Origin: a virus
Strand: one strand, 5' to 3'
Virus record (IMG/VR): IMGVR_UViG_3300027985_000661
Coordinates: 32,403 to 96,402 of that record
Length of the DNA stretch: 64,000 bases
The notes beneath the pieces were generated by a model. That model was given only the letters and a program-made list of their open reading frames with translations. It was not told the DNA's origin and ran no database searches. Numbering within the stretch: position 1 is the stretch's first letter; every line of letters begins with the position of its first letter. Of this stretch, positions 1 to 9,411 are shown piece after piece. Both the position numbers and the translations under genes were made by a program.

Positions 1-3
1 ACA

Positions 4-414
4 GTGAGTTCATTAAGTTCAATCACATTTAAAAATGCGCCACAAACGCTATCTTTATGCAGTATAACAAATACGCAAATAAGTTCATTAGATTTAAGCA
101 ACTTCACCGTAACCGCCTTTTATTGTTATTTTTACAACAATCCTAATTTAAGTAGTGTATCAATGCCTACTATAACTGCAAATATGCAATTAATAAGAGG
201 TTATAATTGTGCATTATCTCAAGCGTCAGTAGATAGCATATTTAGCTATTTAAATACCTTTTTTAGTTCGACAACTCCTATCAAATCATTAGATGTTCAA
301 TTAAATGGCGGCACGAATGCAAGCCCAACAGGAGGGGCGAATAATGCAGATATTTTAAATCTGATCTCAATATATAATGCGGCAGGTTTCACATTTACTT
401 ATACAATAAATTAA
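4..414 (+). CDS. C-terminal part of an LRR-like/surface protein (probably truncated by the window edge)
   Basis: ORF open at the window start; LxxLDLS and NNPNLSSV leucine-rich-repeat-like segments; lies upstream of the tail fibre. Confidence 0.45.
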   Translation: MSSLSSITFKNAPQTLSLCSITNTQISSLDLSNFTVTAFYCYFYNNPNLSSVSMPTITANMQLIRGYNCALSQASVDSIFSYLNTFFSSTTPIKSLDVQLNGGTNASPTGGANNADILNLISIYNAAGFTFTYTIN

Positions 415-469
415 ATCTATATCATATAACAAGTATTAATTATTGAATTTAAATATATAAATAAAAATA

Positions 470-2911
470 ATGGCAAATAACGCATTAGTAAACATTCCCG
501 TACTTTCCGTTAATGGACTTACAGGTAATGTAAATATAACCTATACAGATTTAGGAGCTATAGAAGAAGCTCCTAATGATGGTAGTATATACGCAAGGCA
601 GAATGAAGGGTGGGTGATATCTAGCTCGGGCGTGCCCGCACCTGCATCAGATAACTACACTTATTCATATAGAAATAATGATTGGGTAAGAACAGTATAT
701 AGCAACTACGCTAGTAATATTATTATTAATAAATCTACTTCTGAGACTAGACAAGGTTTACAAAATAAGTTAGATGCTTTACCTAAAGATTTAAATGGCG
801 GTACCTTAACTATAGTTCTAGATGCAGGAACCCATTCTGGAGATGGTACCTCATTGAAGGTATCTGGATTTACAAATTGTACTATTGAAATAAAAGGTTC
901 TGGAATATACACATCTGGGCAACAAGCGCCAACTGTATGGACAGGTTCTTTACTGGAAGTGAATAATATCCCCCATAGTATAACTATAGAAAAAATACAT
1001 TTTTTGGATTCACTAGATCTTAAAAATATTAATAATATATACATAAAAAATTGTTCATTTGGAACAGGGTATGTAAATATTGCTTCAGGTTCTAAAACTA
1101 ATTGTTATATATTTGATAGTTTCTTCAATAATAATATATTAGGGTACTTTAACGCAAGAACCAATAATGTAATATTAGATAGTGTAACAGGGAGCGTAAC
1201 TTCATATTTCATACCTACTTCTCCTGGTAGAGTTTTAAGTATACAATATACAGGTTTTGATTATGTGGCGTTTTTTAGTGGACTAGATCCGGTAGGGGAC
1301 AGTACCGCTAACGATAACTTTTATTTTGGCAAATATGGTGAGAAAATAGAAAGTATTGAAGAAGCCCCTAATGATGGAAATATATATGCTAGGCAAAACG
1401 AAGGATGGTCAATACTCCCAAGTTCAGGCATTTCCGCCCCAGCCGCGGATGGATATACCTACTCATATAAAAATAATGATTGGGTTAGGACAGTATATAA
1501 TAGTCATGGTAGTAATATAGTAGTTACTAAATCTATTGTTGAGACTAGGCAAGACCTCCAGGATAAATTAGATGCACTGCCTAAAGATTTAAATGGGGGT
1601 ATCTTATATGTCTCTTTAGCTGGAGGTACCCATACAACAGACGGTGTAGATTTGGAGATAGAAGGTTTTAGAAATGGATCAGTAATAGTGGCAGGTGGCG
1701 GTACTTACGTACCTGGACAACCAGCTTCAGCAGTATGGGTAGGATCTTTCATAAATATGTCAAATTTAAAAACTTATACTGTTGTAGAGAGGATTCATTT
1801 TTTAAATTCATTAAATATATATAACTGTCCTGATGTATATATAAAAAGTTGTTCTTTTGGAACTGGATATGTATATACTAATAATTCAGCTAGAGAAAAT
1901 ATATATTTATATGATTGTTACTTTGACAATAATATATTAGGCTATTTTAATGGAAAAGAAAGCCATGTCATTTTAGACAGTCTTACTGGAAATATAACAG
2001 CTTACAATTTCCGCACTAATTACGGAAGTACTTTAAAAATGGAGTATACAGGATTCGATTATACTACTTTCTTTAGTGGTTTAGATCCAGTGGGAGATAG
2101 CGCATCCAATGATAATTTTTATTTTGGTAAGTATGGAGAAACTTCACCGGGTATAGAAGAAGCACCTATAAATGGAAGTGCCTATGTTAGAAAAGATGGC
2201 GGTTGGGAAGTAAGTGATGCTAGTTATTTAGAAAACGATGCAGTATATTATATGGTTGCCGGTACAACTCATACCGATATAAATTCTTTTCTAGATACCC
2301 TACCTAAAAATTTGGGGGGTAAGCATGTTAGATTTTATTTTTCAGAAGGTTTTATGGATATGGAATGGACTGACAATGTTAATTTTAATGAGTTTTATAA
2401 TGGTAATATATCCTTTTTGAATAGTGCTTCTATTGACAACTCTTTAAATATATATGAGAGCATTAAGTTTAATAATTGCAGTAGTTTAAATATTAATTTT
2501 TATAGATTTAGTATTACAAAAACTGGAGGGGCTTCTAATACAACCTTTATAGAACTGACAGATAGTTTATCTATTAATGTTGAATTTGATCGAATAGCAT
2601 TTATATATAGTGTTGCTGGGACTTCAAGTTTGGTTTACTCTCCTAATGCAAGTATTATAAATTTTTCCGAGTGTAGTATTACAGGCGTGACAGGATTTGT
2701 AACTACAAGTACTAGAAAGGCAGCCTCTATTGAATTACATATTTATAATTGCACAGGAGATTCTACTTATATTATATATAAATCATTTGCAGAACAGACT
2801 ATATATTCACCTTTCAATATATATACAGATGGGATATCCTCTATATATACTACAGGAGTAGCAGTTTCAGGAGTCCCTTATACATTGTCAACCTACACAA
2901 TAGCACCTTAA
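470..2911 (+). CDS. Tail fibre/spike protein with three tandem ~266-aa modules, each led by a fibritin-foldon-like motif
   Basis: [36 protein letters not shown] and [18 protein letters not shown] resemble the T4 foldon [31 protein letters not shown] repeats; beta-helix-like composition; lies in the tail module. Confidence 0.75.
   Translation: [813 protein letters not shown]
560..2152 (+). repeat. Intragenic tandem duplication (units start at 560, 1355 and 2153; period 795-798 nt)
   Basis: Near-identical peptides in units 1 and 2 ([47 protein letters not shown]); the third unit is more diverged. Confidence 0.9.
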
Positions 2912-2912
2912 T

Positions 2913-3584
2913 ATGATAGGAAATTTAATATCTAATATAAAAGACGCGATCACTATAATATCTATAGTTGTCACGCTAGGCCTAGGATACTGGGGTAAGG
3001 TACAACAAGAAGAGGCAAGTAGGGCTACTAATAACCTTTATTCTAAAACGGTAGAGTGGAAGGACGAGAAAGGGAGGTTAGTGACGGAAGTAACAGAGTT
3101 ACGTTACACTACTAAAGAGTTGAAGGATATAGCTAAACTAGACTCTACTAAATTAAGTAGGGCACAGAAAGATTTGCTACAGGCTAACAATTTAGTTAAA
3201 GAACTTAAACTTAAAGAACGTAATGTAGAAAGTGTTAATATAGCCGATTTAAGAGTACATAACGACTCTTTGGTATCTACTATAACGTACGATAAAAATA
3301 ACAAATTAGAAGCCCTAAAACCTATCAAAACAGAACATTTATATATAGATTTTAAAGTAGAAGGTGATACCGTACTTGTTGATCATAAATATAATGTTAA
3401 TATTAATACTGTAGTTAGAAGGGAAAGGGATAAAGTAACTAAAGCAGGCAATCCTAGATTTTTTATTGCTAGATGGGTAAACCCTAGATGGCAGTATTCT
3501 GCTATTAATGTAGCAGATGATGATAAGGCTAAGATAGACTCCGCTATACATATTAACTTTCAAAATAAAAAAGGAAAGAGATGA
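2913..3584 (+). CDS. Membrane-anchored coiled-coil protein (possible spanin-like lysis component)
   Basis: N-terminal hydrophobic helix ITIISIVVTLGLGYW followed by a coiled-coil; function inferred only. Confidence 0.4.
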   Translation: MIGNLISNIKDAITIISIVVTLGLGYWGKVQQEEASRATNNLYSKTVEWKDEKGRLVTEVTELRYTTKELKDIAKLDSTKLSRAQKDLLQANNLVKELKLKERNVESVNIADLRVHNDSLVSTITYDKNNKLEALKPIKTEHLYIDFKVEGDTVLVDHKYNVNINTVVRRERDKVTKAGNPRFFIARWVNPRWQYSAINVADDDKAKIDSAIHINFQNKKGKR

Positions 3585-4333
3585 TTTTTGAAACATTAAA
3601 TACTATTGTAAATGATATCTTAAAAATAGCTAGGGGATCTGAAGTATCCTCTAGTGAGCCTATATCTAAAAGGCAAGTAGAGAATTGGGTTCATCAATAC
3701 AGAGCGTTACTATTATCTAGAGATTTAGAAAAAGGATATTACCCTAATCCTGCTTATATACAAGAGATACCTTTATTACAAATAGAACAAGTACGAAGAG
3801 AAGGCGGGGGAGCTTTAAATGCCCAGTCTTTTCCTTATACATTTGACTTCCCATTACAGGCTGGGGATAGGCAAGTAGGTAATGAGTATTTTCTTAGGAC
3901 TGTGCTTGATATACCTAAAGTAATAGATATAAATTATAAACCCGGGTTTACGTACATAGGGGATACTTCTGGTAATGAATATCAATTTGTACCACAGCAC
4001 AGGGAAATATGGCAGCAATATAAAAGATATACCTCTAATTCTACTTTGAGCTTTGAATTAAATAATAAGATATATCTTACTAATAACAATCCTGATATAG
4101 AGTATATATCTATAAGAGGTATATTTGAAAATCCTATGGAGGTAGGTAGGTTCCAAAATCCAGTAACAGATTTACCATTAGCAGATTGGGACACTCCTTA
4201 CCCTATCCCTAATAACCTTCTCCCTACTCTAAAAGGAATGATACTTGAGAAAGAATTAAAAATAGAAATATCTTCTCCTAACGATGATAAGAATGATAGT
4301 GATCACGGGTTAAGTAATAAAGCAGAAAAATAA
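3581..4333 (+). CDS. crAss-like tail ring/tubular protein
   Basis: Size, motifs (WVHQYRALL, ISIRGIFENP, YPIP) and position in the ring-IHF-ring-muzzle block typical of Crassvirales. Confidence 0.7.
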   Translation: MIFETLNTIVNDILKIARGSEVSSSEPISKRQVENWVHQYRALLLSRDLEKGYYPNPAYIQEIPLLQIEQVRREGGGALNAQSFPYTFDFPLQAGDRQVGNEYFLRTVLDIPKVIDINYKPGFTYIGDTSGNEYQFVPQHREIWQQYKRYTSNSTLSFELNNKIYLTNNNPDIEYISIRGIFENPMEVGRFQNPVTDLPLADWDTPYPIPNNLLPTLKGMILEKELKIEISSPNDDKNDSDHGLSNKAEK

Positions 4334-4334
4334 T

Positions 4335-4805
4335 ATGGCATTTTATAGCAGAGGACCAAATAAAGTTCAGAAACCTTATGTTCTAAAAGATATGTATTTA
4401 GAATACATTAAAGACAAGGAAGAAGGCTCTCCCTATTATATATCATATAATAAATTTGTTACTATATGTACCATGTATTATAAATCAATGGCAGAGTATA
4501 TTAAGGAAGGTAAACTATATTTATTGCCCTATAAGTTAGGGGAGGTTTCGGTATTAAAGAAGAAACCAAAAAACATGACAAGGGAAACAATGTCATTAGA
4601 TTGGGAACAAACCCAAAAATTAGGAAAGCAAGTCTACCATACCAATGATCATACTAATTACTACAAGTATGTTTTTTCATGGGGAAAATTAAGAGCCCAC
4701 TTTAAACATAAAGGTAGTTATAGAATGGTATTTACAAGAGAACATAAAAGAGATTTGGCAAAGAAGATTAAATCAGGAGAATACGATTATTTTGAAATAG
4801 ATTAA
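4335..4805 (+). CDS. crAss-like IHF/HU-related protein
   Basis: LPYKLGEVSVLKKK, SLDWEQT and YHTNDHTNYY motifs; position between ring-protein genes. Confidence 0.65.
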   Translation: MAFYSRGPNKVQKPYVLKDMYLEYIKDKEEGSPYYISYNKFVTICTMYYKSMAEYIKEGKLYLLPYKLGEVSVLKKKPKNMTRETMSLDWEQTQKLGKQVYHTNDHTNYYKYVFSWGKLRAHFKHKGSYRMVFTREHKRDLAKKIKSGEYDYFEID

Positions 4806-4808
4806 GTT

Positions 4809-5600
4809 ATGGTTTATAATACAGTTAGTGTAAAGCAAGTCATTGCAAAAGTAATGACAGATAATAACATACAAGAGGAAACTCACCGTATACCTGATAT
4901 GATAGAATGGTGCGGAGAGGCATTGGAGAAGATAGGAGCGTTCCCTCAACTAGATACTGTCGTAACTGGTAAAGAAGGGGTTCCTCTATTAGAAATAAAT
5001 AATTATCAAACCCTTTTACCTTCAGGACTGCATACTATTATTCAAGCAGTGTACACTGAAACAGGCAATTATCCTTTTTCTGCTATGAGGTACGGCACTG
5101 GAAGTTTCGATACTAAAAAAGGAATTACAACTAGCGCAGGAGTTAGTAGAGAGGAGTACAATAATGAAACTAGTTTTACTACCGATGTTACATATGTAGT
5201 GGTAGGTAATTATATGAAGTTTAATGTCCCTACTGGATATGTAATGTTGGCATATACTACTATACCTTTAGATGAAGAAGGCTTTCCAGTAGTTCCAGAT
5301 AATATAGGATTTATAGATGCGTTGTATTGGTATATAACCATGAAATTGTTATATCCTAAATGGGCAGAAGGAAGGGTAAGAGATGCTGTGTATTATGATG
5401 CTAGGAGTTCTTGGAATTACTATAGGAAACAAGCATATGGAAATGCGATGATGCCTAATGGGGACCAATTAACTGCTATTAAAAATACATGGAATAAGTT
5501 AATTCCAGAGTTCAATGATCAGAATACTTTCTTTTCTACTACAGGTGAAAAACAAATAAAATATAATACAAATGGAGCAAGTTACACACATATTCTCTAA
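4809..5600 (+). CDS. Tail tubular/ring protein (P22 gp4-like, crAss ring 1)
   Basis: IEWCGEALEKIG, PLDEEGFPVVPD and ALYWYI motifs; directly upstream of the muzzle gene. Confidence 0.75.
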   Translation: MVYNTVSVKQVIAKVMTDNNIQEETHRIPDMIEWCGEALEKIGAFPQLDTVVTGKEGVPLLEINNYQTLLPSGLHTIIQAVYTETGNYPFSAMRYGTGSFDTKKGITTSAGVSREEYNNETSFTTDVTYVVVGNYMKFNVPTGYVMLAYTTIPLDEEGFPVVPDNIGFIDALYWYITMKLLYPKWAEGRVRDAVYYDARSSWNYYRKQAYGNAMMPNGDQLTAIKNTWNKLIPEFNDQNTFFSTTGEKQIKYNTNGASYTHIL

Positions 5601-8600
5601 TGGGATGGACACTGATACTTCTTTTGCTTTAAGAAGTGAAGGTACTTATCTATATGCTGAAAATTTAACTTTTACTAAGAGTGAAGATGGAGATATGGGA
5701 GCTATGCAGAATAGAGTAGGCAATTGGTCTCCTCCTTTTTCCGCAATGGCAACTGACTCTAATATAAAAGGTGCTTGTTATATAGATAATTGCGTAGTGT
5801 TATTTACAGTTAATAATAGTGGCAGTACGTCTAGGATATATAAATATGAAAATGGAGTTACGTATCTATTATATACAGATGCTTCTTCATCGGTTAAATT
5901 AGGGTTTAGAAATGAAAGTGATTACCACATCTCTACTACAGGGGTAAAAGAATCTGAAGAACTCGTTAAAGTATATTGGGTAGATGGGGAGAACGGCCTT
6001 AGAGTTATAAATATAAAAGAAGATGTAACTGGGAAATCCGCTTCTTATTTTGATGCTGTAATGCCAATGTACGCCAGTTTAGATTACACACCTACTATTC
6101 AAGCAGGGGCTGGTAGTTATAAAGCAGGGAAAGTATATCACGCTGTTCAGTTTTATAGATTGAATGGGGGATCTAGTACTATAATATCATTCCCAGAAGG
6201 TAATAACTTATCTAAATATATAGATAAAGATGGGGGTACGGATAAAGGAGAAAGCACAAACTGCGCTATTAAAATAGATATTTCTGGAATAAATAGTTCG
6301 TTGTTAGATTTGTATAATAGGTATAGAATCTATTCTATATTTTATGACACTTATAATACACCACAAGTTAGAGTAGTAATAGAAAATCCATTTGCTTCAA
6401 CTTCTATAAGTACAGTTGACTACGGAGATTATATAGATGAAATAGGATTAGATGAGTTCATAACTAAAAACCAAACATCTTATTCGTCTACTAGTATAGA
6501 AAGCAAAGATAGCGTGTTATTTTTAGCTAATATAAGTGAAACTACTTTTGAAAGTGATATTATAGATGCCTGGGATTCTAGAGCTTATAGGTATAATCTT
6601 AGCGGGAGCGCTGCTATATATGATAGTGTAAATTTATCTAATTATATAGTATTAGGTAATGACTTAAAGATATCTCAAATATACGGTACTGTACCCGGGG
6701 CTTCTATAGGAGGTAATGTTCCTGAAGAATTTGATTGTTATAATAGATATAATCAAATATATACTTTTAGATTAAAGGATAGGAATACTAGTTATGGATT
6801 TAAATATAATAAACTAGGAACAGCATTAGGCGGAAGCGGTTTAAATCTAAGTTATAGTTTTGTAACTAAGAGTGATACTATTGATGATCCGGGAAGTATA
6901 GTAGATATAGGGGATACTAAAGATATAGTAAAGCATATACAGGAAGATAGGTATATAGAATGTGAAGATGGTGAAGTATATAGAATAGGTATAAAATTCT
7001 TTAATAAAAATGGACAATCCAGTCAAGTTAAATGGATAGGGGATGTACTTTGGGAAGAAGCTTATATAGATACCGGGAATCCCGATTCATTTCCAAATGC
7101 CCCTGGATATGTAACAGGAAGTTATAGAGAATACGGGGACACTTTTAAAACAAACCCTTCTGTGGCCCCTCCTTATACAGATACATATGATGTGTTAACT
7201 AATAAAAGTTATAGGATATTAAAAGTAACTATAGATAATTTACCAAATGATCCCAATATAAAAGGATGGCAAATAGTAAGGGCAGATAGGTCTGCTTCCA
7301 CCTGTTCTGTAGTTGGTAATGGACTACTAGTAGCATCCGAGGTTAATGAAACTACTAAGACAAAATGGCCTTCCATTGCTACACAAAGTCCATCTACTAA
7401 ACCTACATGTACTACTTTTAAATTTGTATCACCTGAACTTATGTTTAATGATCCTGAAAATTTATCTTTAAGTGGTTATAGAGTTAGGGTATATAATAGA
7501 GTATCTAGGGATGGGAGTTTACCTCTTAAATGGAATAGTATAAATATAATTCCTAATTCACCTTATTGGGCTACTACAGAGAAACTACCATATTTAGGAG
7601 GATTACCTGTAAGGTTCGGAGTTGGAGGTACTTATAATTATTTAGCATTAACTAATCTTTTTGATATTACTGATTCTGTATACTCTAAAATATCTCACGC
7701 ACAGGATAGTAAAGGTGATTCAAATGTAACTATAAATGGGTATACTTATAAAAATCAAGTTATGCCTAGTAGTGACAGGTCAGGAGGAGGATGTTCTTCT
7801 TTTATTATAGAACTAAATAGACAAATAGAAAGATTGGAAATTAACCCAATTAATGAAGATGGCGTTTATTATTATGGATCTATTATTAGAAATGCTGATT
7901 TTTCTAGATATGGAGGATCTACTTATAATGAGATTTTAACTACGGAATATGTACCTTTTTCTAAAGTTGCACTAGAAACAACTACTAATGTAGAGTGTAA
8001 GTATGGAGATGTATATACACTAATGTATACTCATTACCTTAGTAATTATTACGATGACTCTGGCAATCCTACATTTTCACTAGAACATATTAGAACATTC
8101 CCTGTACAAACAAAAATAGATTTGAGAAAAAGGCAAGATAGGATTTTAGATTACCATATACCTACTAGGCAGAAAGATGCAGGAGCTAAATATTTTATAC
8201 AAGAAACTGTAGCAGAAGGAATAGAGTTTTATGGGGATAATTATCCTACCGAAATCGGAGACTTATATACATTTAATACAGCATATTTGTCACAGCCGAA
8301 ACATGATGTTTCTTTTTCTACCCCTGCTGATTTTATAAATGTATCTGAGAATTCAGTTAAAATAATTAATTCTGAAAAGAAAATTAATGGGGAGCAGGAA
8401 GATAGCTGGTTACAATTTTTACCTACTAATTTTATAGAGGTAGATTCAAGGTATGGGGGTATTACAGAACTTAAAAGAGTAGATAATAAGTTATTTTTCT
8501 GGCAAGAAAATTCTACAGGGTTATTAGCGGTAAATGATAGGGCGATAATAACTGAAAGTAATGGAACTCCATTGTCATTAGGTACAGGAGGTGTACTAGA

Positions 8601-9411
8601 AAGATTTGATTACATCTCTACTACTATAGGTAATAAGTTAAAAAACAATATAGTAAATACAGAGAATGGAATATTTTGGTACAATGAGGGTAAGATATAT
8701 CTATATGACAGTCAGATAAAAGAACTATCTACTACTAAAAGTGTAAATAAATATATTAAAGATATAGGGTATATTCCATCTGTAATGAATGCTGTAAGTT
8801 TAGAAGATAAGAAAGTATATTTTAAATTAGGAGCTGAGTTATTAGTGTACGACACCCTTCAAGGTGCTTTTACAGGAGTATATACTACAGATTCCGATTG
8901 GAATAGTAGTTATGGCAATAAAGTACTAATGTATTTGAATAATAATACAGGTAGGTTATATGAAATGCCTCAGCAGAATGCGGAAAAAGGAAGTTTCTTT
9001 GGTACAGTTTATCCCTCCACAATAAAGTTACTATGTAATGGGAATAAATATCCAGTTACTAAAGTATTCGATTTACTAAGTTGGGAGTCCCAATCTAAAG
9101 ATAGTAATGGCATTGTATACTATGACGATACTTTTAATAATATAAGAGTATATAATAGTTATCAGAATACAGATTGGCAACCCATAGAGTTCAAAAGAAA
9201 AGAGAGAACATTTAAATCTAAAATTCCTAGGGACAAAGTAATAATCAGCGAGATCTTCTCTGGGGATATATTTGATGCTGGTAATTTTGGGACACCTAAA
9301 AGAAGGATGAGAGATAAATATATTATACTAGATTTAGAATACGATAATGCGAGTAACAATACTTTTTCATTTCCGTATATAAATATAAACTATCGTAATT
9401 CAATAAGATAA
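5572..9411 (+). CDS. Tail stabilisation/muzzle protein (P22 gp10-like)
   Basis: 1279 aa; FSNGMDTD start, YWVDGENGLRVINI, GEVYRIGIKF, SEKKINGEQEDSW, LGTGGVLERFDYIST and C-terminal RMRDKY. Confidence 0.85.
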   Translation: MEQVTHIFSNGMDTDTSFALRSEGTYLYAENLTFTKSEDGDMGAMQNRVGNWSPPFSAMATDSNIKGACYIDNCVVLFTVNNSGSTSRIYKYENGVTYLLYTDASSSVKLGFRNESDYHISTTGVKESEELVKVYWVDGENGLRVINIKEDVTGKSASYFDAVMPMYASLDYTPTIQAGAGSYKAGKVYHAVQFYRLNGGSSTIISFPEGNNLSKYIDKDGGTDKGESTNCAIKIDISGINSSLLDLYNRYRIYSIFYDTYNTPQVRVVIENPFASTSISTVDYGDYIDEIGLDEFITKNQTSYSSTSIESKDSVLFLANISETTFESDIIDAWDSRAYRYNLSGSAAIYDSVNLSNYIVLGNDLKISQIYGTVPGASIGGNVPEEFDCYNRYNQIYTFRLKDRNTSYGFKYNKLGTALGGSGLNLSYSFVTKSDTIDDPGSIVDIGDTKDIVKHIQEDRYIECEDGEVYRIGIKFFNKNGQSSQVKWIGDVLWEEAYIDTGNPDSFPNAPGYVTGSYREYGDTFKTNPSVAPPYTDTYDVLTNKSYRILKVTIDNLPNDPNIKGWQIVRADRSASTCSVVGNGLLVASEVNETTKTKWPSIATQSPSTKPTCTTFKFVSPELMFNDPENLSLSGYRVRVYNRVSRDGSLPLKWNSINIIPNSPYWATTEKLPYLGGLPVRFGVGGTYNYLALTNLFDITDSVYSKISHAQDSKGDSNVTINGYTYKNQVMPSSDRSGGGCSSFIIELNRQIERLEINPINEDGVYYYGSIIRNADFSRYGGSTYNEILTTEYVPFSKVALETTTNVECKYGDVYTLMYTHYLSNYYDDSGNPTFSLEHIRTFPVQTKIDLRKRQDRILDYHIPTRQKDAGAKYFIQETVAEGIEFYGDNYPTEIGDLYTFNTAYLSQPKHDVSFSTPADFINVSENSVKIINSEKKINGEQEDSWLQFLPTNFIEVDSRYGGITELKRVDNKLFFWQENSTGLLAVNDRAIITESNGTPLSLGTGGVLERFDYISTTIGNKLKNNIVNTENGIFWYNEGKIYLYDSQIKELSTTKSVNKYIKDIGYIPSVMNAVSLEDKKVYFKLGAELLVYDTLQGAFTGVYTTDSDWNSSYGNKVLMYLNNNTGRLYEMPQQNAEKGSFFGTVYPSTIKLLCNGNKYPVTKVFDLLSWESQSKDSNGIVYYDDTFNNIRVYNSYQNTDWQPIEFKRKERTFKSKIPRDKVIISEIFSGDIFDAGNFGTPKRRMRDKYIILDLEYDNASNNTFSFPYININYRNSIR

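Noticed and set aside
560-2152. DGR template/variable repeat pair in the tail fibre
   Set aside because: Both copies are in-frame coding modules of about 800 nt, differences are not limited to adenines, and there is no reverse transcriptase in the window.
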